In this document: one piece after another, positions 1 to 8,290 of the stretch
Layout: the number at the start of each line of letters is the position of its first letter
How positions within the stretch are numbered: position 1 is the stretch's first letter
NCBI GenBank assembly: GCA_041694835.1
Contig: JBGFRZ010000033.1
Coordinates: 1-18,926 of the forward strand
DNA: 18,926 bases
DNA from: Ignavibacteria bacterium
GTDB lineage: Bacteria; Elusimicrobiota; Endomicrobiia; PHAN01
Direction: 5' to 3'
Made by a program: the position numbers and the translations under genes
The notes under the pieces: generated by a model
What the model saw: the letters and a program-made list of their open reading frames with translations, nothing else
Told to the model about the DNA's origin: nothing
The model's database searches: none

Positions 1-2
1 AA

Positions 3-365
3 CCGGCAGTTACAATCCCTGAGAAACTGGTAATTGAATTTGAACAGGGAAGTGACAGAATCCCGGCGTCCGCGTATAAGGACTTAACTCGGTTGGTTCT
101 TATCTATAAAACATATCCTGAAAGATACGACAAAATTGAGATTACCGGTCATACCTGCGATAGGGGCACACTTGCTGATAATACTAAACTATCCAAAAAA
201 AGAGCTGAAAATACTGCCAGATTTTTTGTTGATTTTCAGGATATTCCGCTGGAAAAAATTACCATCACCGGTTCCGGAAACAACATACCTGTTGCATCTA
301 ATGAGACACCGGAAGGACGAGCCAGAAACCGCCGAGTAGAAATCATACTTAAAAAAACTAAGTAG
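3..365 (+). CDS. OmpA/MotB-family C-terminal peptidoglycan-binding domain protein (5'-truncated by window)
   Basis: Frame is open from base 3 (PAVTIPEKLVIEFEQGSDRI...). OmpA-C motifs IEITGHTCDRG, NTKLSKKRA and PVASNETPEGRARNRRVEI; TAG at 363-365. Confidence 0.9.
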   Translation, partial: PAVTIPEKLVIEFEQGSDRIPASAYKDLTRLVLIYKTYPERYDKIEITGHTCDRGTLADNTKLSKKRAENTARFFVDFQDIPLEKITITGSGNNIPVASNETPEGRARNRRVEIILKKTK

Positions 366-380
366 TAGTGAGCAGAAACT

Positions 381-493
381 ACCCTGAACACATTCAATTC
401 GTTCAGTGTAAACTCCGTGAAGGGTCTCAAAAAAATGAGCATATTGCAGAAAATTAGATTCTTCCCCTTCGGTTCACTCAGGGTCAGAATGAC
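381..493. repeat. REP-like palindromic repeat pair
   Basis: accctgaacac...gtgtaaactccgtgaagggtctc (381-428) and agattcttccccttcggttcactcagggtcagaatgac (456-493). Both fold and resemble the widespread agattcttc...cagaatgac intergenic repeat type (recognised from memory). Confidence 0.6.
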
Positions 494-720
494 TTTTGGA
501 GCATAAATTAAGTAACCAGACAGATTAACCCCGTGTAACAAGTTTAGGCATCAGAAGTAACAATTATTATTCTTCGTCGGTAGATGGCTATTCACTCGTT
601 ATGTCATTGATATAATGAAAATGCTTGTCTTCTGCTGGTTGAAATGGTAAAAGTAGTAATTTAACCAGAAGGAGGTGGCCTTCTAATTTATCAGGATTTC
701 TAATCAATGTGGCGCCCGAC

Positions 721-749
721 TTGACACAACCCGATTGTTTTTATATAAT
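721..749 (+). promoter_or_regulatory. sigma70-type promoter for the infC operon
   Basis: Perfect TTGACA (721-726), 17-bp spacer, perfect TATAAT (744-749), upstream of the leader and infC. Confidence 0.85.
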
Positions 750-825
750 TTGCGCTGGTAGAAATGTTGGTAGATGAAACTTTCATAACGAGCTCAATTT
801 GTCAAGATTTCTAATGAACGTTAAA

Positions 826-961
826 GTAAAAGAAGCCGTCTCCGGCTCGCCTTAATCCCCACCCAGCCGCATGCTGGGTAGAGTGAGAAGAGGCCAAAAA
901 CGTTTAGAATCTGCGGGTAAGTGCGCAGTTGAATCGGAGATGCCTTCTCGGCATCTTTTTT
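826..961 (+). promoter_or_regulatory. L20 leader-like ribosomal protein autoregulatory RNA with attenuator
   Basis: Upstream of infC-rpmI-rplT. gaagccgtctccg (832-844) pairs with cggagatgccttc (935-947); inner hairpin acccagc/gctgggt (861-879); the 3' strand overlaps a mutually exclusive terminator. Confidence 0.75.
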
Positions 962-966
962 ATTTT
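938..966 (+). terminator. Intrinsic terminator (attenuator) in the infC leader
   Basis: Stem agatgcc (938-944), loop ttctc, ggcatct (950-956), followed by tttttatttt. Confidence 0.75.
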
Positions 967-1009
967 ATTCCACCGCCGCGACGACGGTTGCGGATTTCAT
1001 AGGAGGCAA

Positions 1010-1561
1010 ATGGACAAAAATAGGATATTTTACAGAATCAACTATCAGATTAGAGTTCCTCAGATTCGCCTGATAGATTTCGACGGCACTCAAGTAGGGA
1101 TAGTACCTTTAGACGTGGCGCAGAAAAAAGCTCAGGAGAGAAGGATGGATCTTGTGGAGATAGTTCCACAGTCTCACCCGCCCGTATGCAAAATAATGGA
1201 GTATTCCAAGTTCAAATATGACCAGTCAAAAAAAATAAAGGACTCAAGGAAAAAACACAAGGGCGGACAGTTGAAGGAAATCAGATTCAGGCCCCACATA
1301 GGTGACCATGACCTTGAGGTAAAGCTTAAGCATGCGAGGGAGTTTTTGACCGAAAATAACAAGGTCAGAATGACGATAATCTTCATGGGCAGGGAGATGA
1401 CGCATCTTGAGTTGGGGGGCTTACTTTTCGACAAAATTAAGTCGAAACTCTCTGATGTCGCCGAGGTGCCTCATAGGCCGAGTATGCTTGGCAACAGGAT
1501 GATTTTTATCCTTGAACCGTTAAAAAAACAGGTTAAAGGTGAAGGATTAAGAAATACATAA
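1010..1561 (+). CDS. infC: Translation initiation factor IF-3
   Basis: RINYQIRVPQIRLID, MDLVEIVPQSHPPVCKIMEYSKFKY, KEIRFRPHIGDHDL, GREM. Start set at ATG 1010 after AGGAGG (1001-1006); the track start at 929 lies inside the leader RNA. Confidence 0.96.
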   Translation: MDKNRIFYRINYQIRVPQIRLIDFDGTQVGIVPLDVAQKKAQERRMDLVEIVPQSHPPVCKIMEYSKFKYDQSKKIKDSRKKHKGGQLKEIRFRPHIGDHDLEVKLKHAREFLTENNKVRMTIIFMGREMTHLELGGLLFDKIKSKLSDVAEVPHRPSMLGNRMIFILEPLKKQVKGEGLRNT

Positions 1562-1605
1562 GTGCACAAGAGCACAAGCGCACAAGTCACACTTATACAC
1601 TTATG
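1557..1605. repeat. Short tandem GCACAAG octamer-spaced repeat with fold-back
   Basis: gtgcacaag-agcacaag-cgcacaag-tcac. cataagtgcacaag (1557-1570) vs cttatacacttatg (1592-1605) is a 12/14 inverted match. Reverse complement of the CTTGTGC modules at 5748, 11209, 13440 and 13570. Confidence 0.75.
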
Positions 1606-1622
1606 CTCTATTGGAGAAATAT

Positions 1623-1823
1623 ATGCCGAAGTTGAAAACACACAGCGGAGCGAAAAAAAGATTTTTCGTGACGAAAAGCAAAAAAGTTAAACACAAAAAA
1701 GCCGGACTGAGACATCTTTTAACGGGAATGCCATCTTCCCGGGGAAGACGGCTGAGAAAAGCGGGGAGCCTTAAAGGTGCGGAAGCCAGGCATATCTTAA
1801 AAAGATTGATGCCATATAGCTGA
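1623..1823 (+). CDS. rpmI: 50S ribosomal protein L35
   Basis: MPKLKTHSGAKKRF...RHLL; GGAGA RBS at 1613-1617; canonical position between infC and rplT. Confidence 0.97.
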   Translation: MPKLKTHSGAKKRFFVTKSKKVKHKKAGLRHLLTGMPSSRGRRLRKAGSLKGAEARHILKRLMPYS

Positions 1824-1845
1824 TTTTCAATAATGGGAGAGTATT

Positions 1846-2235
1846 ATGAGAGTAAAAACGGGCGTAACTACGCATAGAAGAAAAAAGAAATATTTTAAGC
1901 TCGCGAAAGGATATTACTCAGATAAGAGCAGGAAGTGGAGACAAGTGAAGCAGCAGGTGGAAAGGTCGCTCAGGTTTGCCTACAGGGACAGAAAGAATAG
2001 GAAAAGGGTTTTCAAGTCACTTTGGATTATCAGACTCAACGCCGCCGCCCGACAACACGGCATCAATTATAGCCAACTCATACACGGTCTAAAACTCTCT
2101 GATATTGTAATAAACCGCAAACAGCTTGCGGAGCTTGCAGCGAACAATATGACTCTTTTTTCGCAGATAGCATCCGTAGCCAAAGATGCGCTCCAAAGTC
2201 CGTCAGTGGAAAAAATAAATGTGGCGAAGGCTTAG
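1846..2235 (+). CDS. rplT: 50S ribosomal protein L20
   Basis: MRVKTG, KLAKGY, AYRDRKNRKRVFKSLWIIRLNAAAR, INRKQLAELA. Confidence 0.98.
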   Translation: MRVKTGVTTHRRKKKYFKLAKGYYSDKSRKWRQVKQQVERSLRFAYRDRKNRKRVFKSLWIIRLNAAARQHGINYSQLIHGLKLSDIVINRKQLAELAANNMTLFSQIASVAKDALQSPSVEKINVAKA

Positions 2236-3547
2236 TCCGGCGCAGAGCATACTTGCATTTTTCATTCTGAGCATTCTCGCAGGGAGCTTTTTGCTTTCAC
2301 TTCCCGTCGCAAACGTCTCGCGGGAAGGACTCAGTATAGCCGGTTATATCACGAATCTTTTTACGGCGACTTCAGCGGTCTGCGTGACCGGCCTTGCAGT
2401 TGTCGACACGGGAACACACTTCACTCTTTTCGGACAGATAGTGATACTCATTCTCATTCAGATAGGCGCCCTGGGTTACGTGACTTTTGTAACTTTGGCC
2501 GGGATGCTTCTCGGGAAACTGCCGATAAAAGAGCGTCTTGCCATAAAGGAAGTCGTAGATCCCTCAACTTTCGAGGGACTGCTGACGTTGCTCAAGCACA
2601 TAATAAAGATAACAATCGCTGTGGAAGCCGCTGGCGCGGTGATGCTGGCTTTATTTTTCAGCAGATATTTTTCACCGGTAAAATCAATATATTACGGAAT
2701 ATTCCATTCGATTTCAGCCTTCTCCAACGCCGGCTTTTCAATTTTTCCGAACAGTTTCGAATCTTTTGGGTCGGACATACCTATCATGCTCATTATCAGC
2801 GCTCTTATAGTTGCCGGGGGCATAGGTTTTTTGGTCATAAAGGACATACTGAATTACAGAAAAAGAAAAAACATCTCACTTCACAGCAAAATGGCCATCG
2901 TCATTACATTCGTCTTGATTTTTTTAGGAGCCGCTTTGTTCTTTTTCCTTGAATATAAAAATCCCCACACCCTGGAAGGCAAGCCATTAGCTCAAAAGTT
3001 CCTCGACTCTGTTTTCCAATCGATAACTTCGCGAACCGCCGGCTTCAACTCGATTCCGATTGGAGCGATCGGACATCTCACGGCTTTTTTCATAATGATT
3101 CTGATGTTTATAGGCGCATCCCCGGGTGGTACGGGGGGCGGGATAAAAACGACAACTTTCGGTGTGATAATATTGTGGGTTTTATCTTACATAAGGGGGA
3201 AACCCGATGTCAATGTTTTTTCCAGAAAAATATCTCAGGAGACTATATCCAAAGCGGTAATATTTGTCATGCTGGGCATAGTGATGATAACCACAATGTT
3301 TTTCCTTTTATTTCTATCTCAGGAGAAGCCGGATTTCATTGATTCGATTTTCGAGGTTTTTTCGGCCTACGGCACGGTTGGGCTTTCAAGGGGCATCACC
3401 CCGAAATTATCCGTTGAGGGAAGGGTCATATTGATTGTCACAATGCTCGTAGGTAGAATCGGCCCCATTACACTCTTGATGTCGGCCGTTGGCAAAAAGG
3501 AGAAATATTTGATACAATATTCTGAGGAAAAGGTGCTTATAGGATGA
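2219..3547 (+). CDS. ktrB: Ktr/Trk potassium uptake membrane subunit (KtrB/TrkH family)
   Basis: Four pore-loop motifs: TSAVCVTGL, SAFSNAGFS, TSRTAGFN, SAYGTVGLS; gate loop MFIGASPGGTGGGIKTTT; GRIGP. Overlaps rplT by 17 nt. Confidence 0.93.
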   Translation: MWRRLSPAQSILAFFILSILAGSFLLSLPVANVSREGLSIAGYITNLFTATSAVCVTGLAVVDTGTHFTLFGQIVILILIQIGALGYVTFVTLAGMLLGKLPIKERLAIKEVVDPSTFEGLLTLLKHIIKITIAVEAAGAVMLALFFSRYFSPVKSIYYGIFHSISAFSNAGFSIFPNSFESFGSDIPIMLIISALIVAGGIGFLVIKDILNYRKRKNISLHSKMAIVITFVLIFLGAALFFFLEYKNPHTLEGKPLAQKFLDSVFQSITSRTAGFNSIPIGAIGHLTAFFIMILMFIGASPGGTGGGIKTTTFGVIILWVLSYIRGKPDVNVFSRKISQETISKAVIFVMLGIVMITTMFFLLFLSQEKPDFIDSIFEVFSAYGTVGLSRGITPKLSVEGRVILIVTMLVGRIGPITLLMSAVGKKEKYLIQYSEEKVLIG

Positions 3548-4245
3548 AAAACAAACAGTATCTAATAGTCGGTCTTGGGACGTTCGGCATGAGCCTTGCA
3601 AAGGTCCTCACAGAAAAAAACGCTCAAGTTTTGGCTCTCGACATAAACAAGGAGAAGGTCGATGATGCGGTTTCCGCGGGAGTAAACGCCGTCGTCGCCG
3701 ATGCAACGGAAGAGAAAATTTTGAGAAAATTGGGTCTGAGCGATTTCGACATCGGCATAGTGGCCATAGGCGAGAATATCGAGGCGAGCATCCTGTCCAC
3801 GCTTTTGTTGAAGGACTCAGGCATAAAACATATTATTGTAAAGAGTATGAACCAGTCGCATTCAAGGATAGCTGCCAAAGTTGGCGCCGACAGGGTAATA
3901 TATCCAGAAGAGGACATGGCCATAAAACTCGCCGACTCTCTTCTTTCACCGAGCATAATAGAGGAGATAGAGCTTTCCAAAGAATACAACCTCGTGGAGC
4001 TCGTTTTGCCGCAGTCATTTTATAATAAGAGCTTGAGCGAAAGCAGAGTCAAGGAAGATTACAACCTAACGGTTGTGGCTATCAAAAGGAAGGAGACCGT
4101 CATCGCCGACGACGGCACTACCGATATGAAAGAGGAGATGATAGTCTCCCCCGATTCAAGGGAGCTTTTGCAGGAGGGAGATATCATACTTGTCGTTGGA
4201 AGGGAGTCGGACATAGAAAAGCTCCGCCAGAAGGGAGAAAAATGA
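3544..4245 (+). CDS. ktrA: Ktr/Trk potassium uptake RCK regulatory subunit (KtrA/TrkA family)
   Basis: Rossmann motif IVGLGTFG, ADATEE, IVAIGENIEASIL, GADRVIYPE, C-terminal RCK_C (VVAIKR...LQEGDIILVVG). ATGA overlap with ktrB. Confidence 0.92.
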   Translation: MKNKQYLIVGLGTFGMSLAKVLTEKNAQVLALDINKEKVDDAVSAGVNAVVADATEEKILRKLGLSDFDIGIVAIGENIEASILSTLLLKDSGIKHIIVKSMNQSHSRIAAKVGADRVIYPEEDMAIKLADSLLSPSIIEEIELSKEYNLVELVLPQSFYNKSLSESRVKEDYNLTVVAIKRKETVIADDGTTDMKEEMIVSPDSRELLQEGDIILVVGRESDIEKLRQKGEK

Positions 4246-4255
4246 GGTGCGGCAT

Positions 4256-4537
4256 ATGAAGAGCGGGAAAAAGAAAGAACCATCCGATGTTTTCGAGATG
4301 CTCGAGATGGTTACTTTTTATATGATGAACAAAAAATACTCGAAGGCTCTTGAGATACTGAAAGAAGCCGAAAAGATTGAGCCAGGCAACGCCGAGATAT
4401 ACTATCAGCTCGGCCTCGTTCATGAGGCTACGAACAAATCCGAAGATGCCATTGATATGTTTCAGAAGTCGCTGTCAATAAAGCCAACCCACAAACTTTC
4501 CCAGGAACATCTGAACCGCCTGATGGGAATCAAATGA
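4256..4537 (+). CDS. Small tetratricopeptide repeat protein
   Basis: TPR pattern KYSKALEILKEAEKIEPGNAEIYYQLGLVHEATNKSEDAIDMFQKSLSIKP. ATG 4256 follows GAGGTG; alternative GTG start at 4247. Confidence 0.8.
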   Translation: MKSGKKKEPSDVFEMLEMVTFYMMNKKYSKALEILKEAEKIEPGNAEIYYQLGLVHEATNKSEDAIDMFQKSLSIKPTHKLSQEHLNRLMGIK

Positions 4538-5562
4538 AAATTCTGGTTCAATTAAACCGCATCCGGGAAGAATATAAAGAATCCCTTGAAAAAGTAAGGA
4601 CGACAGCCGAGCTCAACGACTGGAAAGCCTCTTATTTGGGCAAAAACGGCAAACTCTCCGTTATACTTTCGGCGCTCAAAGAACTTTCTCTTGAGGAAAA
4701 AAAAGCGGCGGGCTCGTCGGCGAACGAGATAAAAAATGAGATAGAGAAATTTTATGCATCCTACTTGAAAAAACTCGCTTCCGAGAGCTACCTAAAAAAA
4801 ATAGAGAAGATAGGCGACCCAACGCTTCCATCCGTGTTTCTGCTAAAAGGCCATCCTCACCCACTTTACAAAACTATGAGAGAAATAATCGGGATTTTTG
4901 TTGGTTTCGGATTTGACATAGCCCTCGGCCCTGAGATGGAAGATGAATACCACAACTTTACAGCGCTCAACTTTCCAGAATCGCATCCCGCTAAAGAGAT
5001 GCAAGACACGTTTTATGTAAACAGCCCCTCAGGGCTATTATTGAGAACCCACACATCCCCTGTTCAAATAAGGGTAATGGCCAACTCCTCCCCGCCTCTG
5101 AAGTTCATAGCGCCAGGGAGGGTTTACAGACACGAGGCGGTGGATGCCTCACACTCCTGCGTTTTTCACCAGGTGGAAGGATTCTGTGTCGATAAAACGG
5201 CGAATCTCTCGGACCTAAAAAGTATTCTTGAGATTTTCGTATGCAGGTTTTTCAAAAAAAAGTTGAAGATAAGATTCAGACCCAGCTTCTTTCCTTTCAC
5301 CGAGCCTTCTGTCGAAGTTGATGTAGAATGCTTAATGTGTGGCAGCGCCGGCTGCAGGGTCTGCAAAAACTCAGGATATCTAGAGATGCTCGGGGCGGGG
5401 ATGGTCCATCCGAACGTCCTTAAAAACTGCGGCATAAATCCCGAAGAGTTTCAGGGTTATGCGTTCGGCTTGGGGGTCGAAAGGTTCGCGATGCTCAAAT
5501 ACAACATAGACGACATGCGGCTTTTCTATCAAAACGACATCAGATTTTTGAGGCAGTTCTAA
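4534..5562 (+). CDS. pheS: Phenylalanine--tRNA ligase alpha subunit
   Basis: HPAKEMQDTFY, LLRTHTSPVQIR, FHQVEG, RFRPSFFPFTEPS, GYAFGLGVER, FLRQF. Confidence 0.98.
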   Translation: MKILVQLNRIREEYKESLEKVRTTAELNDWKASYLGKNGKLSVILSALKELSLEEKKAAGSSANEIKNEIEKFYASYLKKLASESYLKKIEKIGDPTLPSVFLLKGHPHPLYKTMREIIGIFVGFGFDIALGPEMEDEYHNFTALNFPESHPAKEMQDTFYVNSPSGLLLRTHTSPVQIRVMANSSPPLKFIAPGRVYRHEAVDASHSCVFHQVEGFCVDKTANLSDLKSILEIFVCRFFKKKLKIRFRPSFFPFTEPSVEVDVECLMCGSAGCRVCKNSGYLEMLGAGMVHPNVLKNCGINPEEFQGYAFGLGVERFAMLKYNIDDMRLFYQNDIRFLRQF

Positions 5563-5592
5563 ATTAAGGTTCACTGACGCTTCGCTAAAATT

Positions 5593-5663
5593 CACCACAG
5601 AGGCACCAGGAACACAGAGAAAAAACTTTACCACGAAAGCACGAAAGTTAGAAATCACGAAAA
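5593..5663. repeat. Short degenerate tandem repeats (CACAGAG type and CACGAAA type)
   Basis: caccacagaggcaccaggaacacagag (5593-5619); ccacgaaagcacgaaag...cacgaaa (5631-5662). Confidence 0.55.
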
Positions 5664-5744
5664 ATCCCTCTAAATCCCCCCTCCCCCCCTTTATTAAAGG
5701 GGGAATAAAAGGGGGATTTAGGGGGAAGCGAAGCAGGGGGATTT
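5662..5744. repeat. C-run/G-run nested inverted repeat
   Basis: cccccttta-t-taaaggggg (5685-5703); ctaaatccccc (5670-5680) pairs with gggggatttag (5711-5721); aaatccctc (5662-5670) pairs with gggggattt (5736-5744). Confidence 0.8.
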
Positions 5745-5747
5745 ACA

Positions 5748-5789
5748 GTGACTTGTGCACTTGTGCTCTTATGCCTTGTGCACTTGTGC
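5748..5789. repeat. CTTGTGC tandem module
   Basis: gtgacttgtgcacttgtgctcttatgccttgtgcacttgtgc. The 24 bp at 5759-5782 are identical to 13571-13594. Confidence 0.8.
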
Positions 5790-5917
5790 GGACCAAGGTC
5801 TGCAACTACAAAACTTGTGCTTTGTTGCAAAAAATTTCTTACACATTTTTTTGCGTCTTGTGTGGTAGAAGAACTTTTTCAATAATCTCATTTATCAGGT
5901 GTGAGCGAATTAGAGAA

Positions 5918-8287
5918 ATGAAGATATCTTACAACTGGCTTAAGGATTTCATTGAGATAAAAGAGCCCCCCGAAGAGCTCGCCGATATACTTACCAATTT
6001 GGGATTTGAGACGACTTTTTCAAAAACTCATTACGACTTTAACGACATCGTGATTGCCAAGGTTCTCAAAAAAGAAAAACATCCCAATGCCGACAAGCTG
6101 TCGCTTTGCGAGGTTATCGACGGAAAAAATAATTATAGCGTTGTATGCGGAGCCCCAAACGTAGAAGTTGGACAGAAGGTTCCTTTTGCGAAAATAGGCT
6201 CGAAAGTAGGCGGCGTCGAAATAAAGAAGATGAAATTCAGAGAGGTGTATTCTGATGGCATGCTCTGCTCTCAGAAAGAGCTTGGCATAACCGAGTCGTC
6301 GGATGGCATAATGATTCTAGGCGAAGATGCCGATATTGGAAAAGATTTATCGTCGCTATATGGCGAGGATTACATCTTTGAGGTAGAAACCCTCCCGAAT
6401 AGACCCGACATACTCTCTCATCTGGGAATTGCCCAGGAGCTTTCGGCAAAGCTCACTAGAGCCGTCAATGCCCCAGAGTTTGCATCGTTTGAAATCCCTC
6501 CCGACGAGACGCTCGCCGATGTTTCTTCGGGGGAAATCTGCTCCAGATATATAGGGGTTCTATTGGACGACATAAAAATAAAACCGTCGAGCGAGCGAAT
6601 AAAAAGCAGGCTTATTTCTTGCGACATACGCCCTATAAACAACATAGTCGATATCACAAATTATTGTATGCTCGCCCTGGGCCACCCGCTCCATGCTTTC
6701 GATTATGAAAAGCTCTCCGGCGGAAAACTTCGTATAAGGAAAGCGTTGAAAGGAGAAAAGCTCAAGGCGCTCGACGGGAAGGATTATATACTTGAGACCT
6801 CCGACATAGTGATAGCCGACGAAAAAAAGCCGGTGGCTATAGCGGGAATCATCGGAGGCGAAAATGTCGAGGTTTGCGGGGAAACAAAAAAAATAATTCT
6901 TGAGTCGGCAGTCTTCGACCCAAAATCCGTTTTTAATACGAGGAAGCGGTTGAATATTTCGACTGACGCTTCATACAGGTTTGAGCGGGGAATGTTTTTC
7001 AATCGCGCCGAGATGGCCTGCCGTATGGCTTTAGCCATAATCGAAAAAGCAGGCCTTGGCAAGGCGCTCTTGAAGTCTGATCGAGGCGAGGCTCCCGCCG
7101 GGAGAAAAATTGTCCTTTTCTATGAAAAGATAAAAAAGCGCACCGGCATTGATATATCCGATGTCAGGGTTGAAAAAATACTCTCGGGACTCTCTTTCAA
7201 AATTGAGAATAAAAAAAAAGAATTCGTTACCCTGGGCGTTCCTTATTTCAGAGAGGACATCTCCGTTCCGGAAGATGTCATAGAAGAGATAGTAAGAATA
7301 TACGGATACGACAATGTCGAATCAAAACCGGCATTTCATGCGATAAAAACGGAGTCTTCGGCTGGATGCGAGCGCTTTTGCGCGATAAACAAAATAAAGG
7401 ATTTGTTGAATCACCTGGGTTTCAGCGAAGCCGCCAACTACGGGCTCGTCGCGGAAAAATGGGCGGAGTATTTCGATAGGGCGAAGTGTTTTAGTGTTGC
7501 GAATCCGGTTTCGCCCGACATGGTTATCTTGCGACCATCGCTTTTCTGCGAGCTTTGGGAGAATTTCGTATCAAACTACAACAACGGCTCTTCTGACCAG
7601 ATGATTTTCGAGATAGGCGAGGTCTTTTACGATGGAGTGGAACACTTAAGCCTCGGCATTCTTTCCAGCGGCAATATTTTCGGCGAGAACTGGAGAAAGA
7701 CGGGGGTTGAAGCCGGATTCTTCCATCTCAAGGATATCGTTCAGAAAATCTATGATATATCGGAACTGACGATTGATTATTCGACAGTCGTTCCTTCTCG
7801 CAAGTATATGAAATCGGATTTCAATATCATTAGTGGGGACAAGAGCCTCGGGTATATAGGTGCGGTCTCTGAGATGATTGCTTGCAACTCAGGGACACAG
7901 AAACCTGTATGGTGGGCTGAAATAAAACTTGAACCGATTTTCAGCAATCCGAAAAAAACGGAGCGATTCAATCCATATTCGGTTTTTCCGTCCAGTGTGA
8001 GGGATGTCTGCCTTCTGGTGCCAAAAAATCTCGGATGGAAGTTTTTTGCAAACTCCGTCAGGGAAATCCTCGAAAAAGACGAGAAGATTCTTGATGAAAT
8101 AAAACTTCTGGACGTATTCGAGGGGGGAGACCATTCGAAAATACCGCGCGATACAGTAAGCATGACGATAAGGATAGTCCTAAGGCATCCATCAAAGACT
8201 TTAATGGGCGAGGAGCTGAAATCCATATATGACAAACTATTTGATGAGCTTGCCACGAGATTTTCGGTAAGGCTCAGGGAGATATAA
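5918..8287 (+). CDS. pheT: Phenylalanine--tRNA ligase beta subunit
   Basis: MKISYNWLKDFI start, HPNADKL, VVCGAPNV, PNRPDILSHLGIA, INNIVDITNY, DASYRFERG, DVIEEIVRIYGYD, C-terminal FPSSVRD anticodon-binding domain. The track start at 5753 is a repeat-derived extension. Confidence 0.97.
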   Translation: MKISYNWLKDFIEIKEPPEELADILTNLGFETTFSKTHYDFNDIVIAKVLKKEKHPNADKLSLCEVIDGKNNYSVVCGAPNVEVGQKVPFAKIGSKVGGVEIKKMKFREVYSDGMLCSQKELGITESSDGIMILGEDADIGKDLSSLYGEDYIFEVETLPNRPDILSHLGIAQELSAKLTRAVNAPEFASFEIPPDETLADVSSGEICSRYIGVLLDDIKIKPSSERIKSRLISCDIRPINNIVDITNYCMLALGHPLHAFDYEKLSGGKLRIRKALKGEKLKALDGKDYILETSDIVIADEKKPVAIAGIIGGENVEVCGETKKIILESAVFDPKSVFNTRKRLNISTDASYRFERGMFFNRAEMACRMALAIIEKAGLGKALLKSDRGEAPAGRKIVLFYEKIKKRTGIDISDVRVEKILSGLSFKIENKKKEFVTLGVPYFREDISVPEDVIEEIVRIYGYDNVESKPAFHAIKTESSAGCERFCAINKIKDLLNHLGFSEAANYGLVAEKWAEYFDRAKCFSVANPVSPDMVILRPSLFCELWENFVSNYNNGSSDQMIFEIGEVFYDGVEHLSLGILSSGNIFGENWRKTGVEAGFFHLKDIVQKIYDISELTIDYSTVVPSRKYMKSDFNIISGDKSLGYIGAVSEMIACNSGTQKPVWWAEIKLEPIFSNPKKTERFNPYSVFPSSVRDVCLLVPKNLGWKFFANSVREILEKDEKILDEIKLLDVFEGGDHSKIPRDTVSMTIRIVLRHPSKTLMGEELKSIYDKLFDELATRFSVRLREI

Positions 8288-8290
8288 TTT

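Noticed and set aside
929..1009. Upstream TTG start for infC
   Set aside because: Lies within the leader/terminator, has no SD and no IF3-like sequence.
4400..4533. T-box or pheM-type attenuator before pheS
   Set aside because: pheS overlaps the TPR gene stop; there is no leader space or T-box motif.
5329..5364. CxxC...CxxC motif in PheS as a novelty
   Set aside because: A common insert in many bacterial PheS proteins.
5753..5917. 55-aa Cys-rich N-terminal extension of PheT
   Set aside because: Begins in repeat DNA; canonical MKISYNWL begins at 5918.
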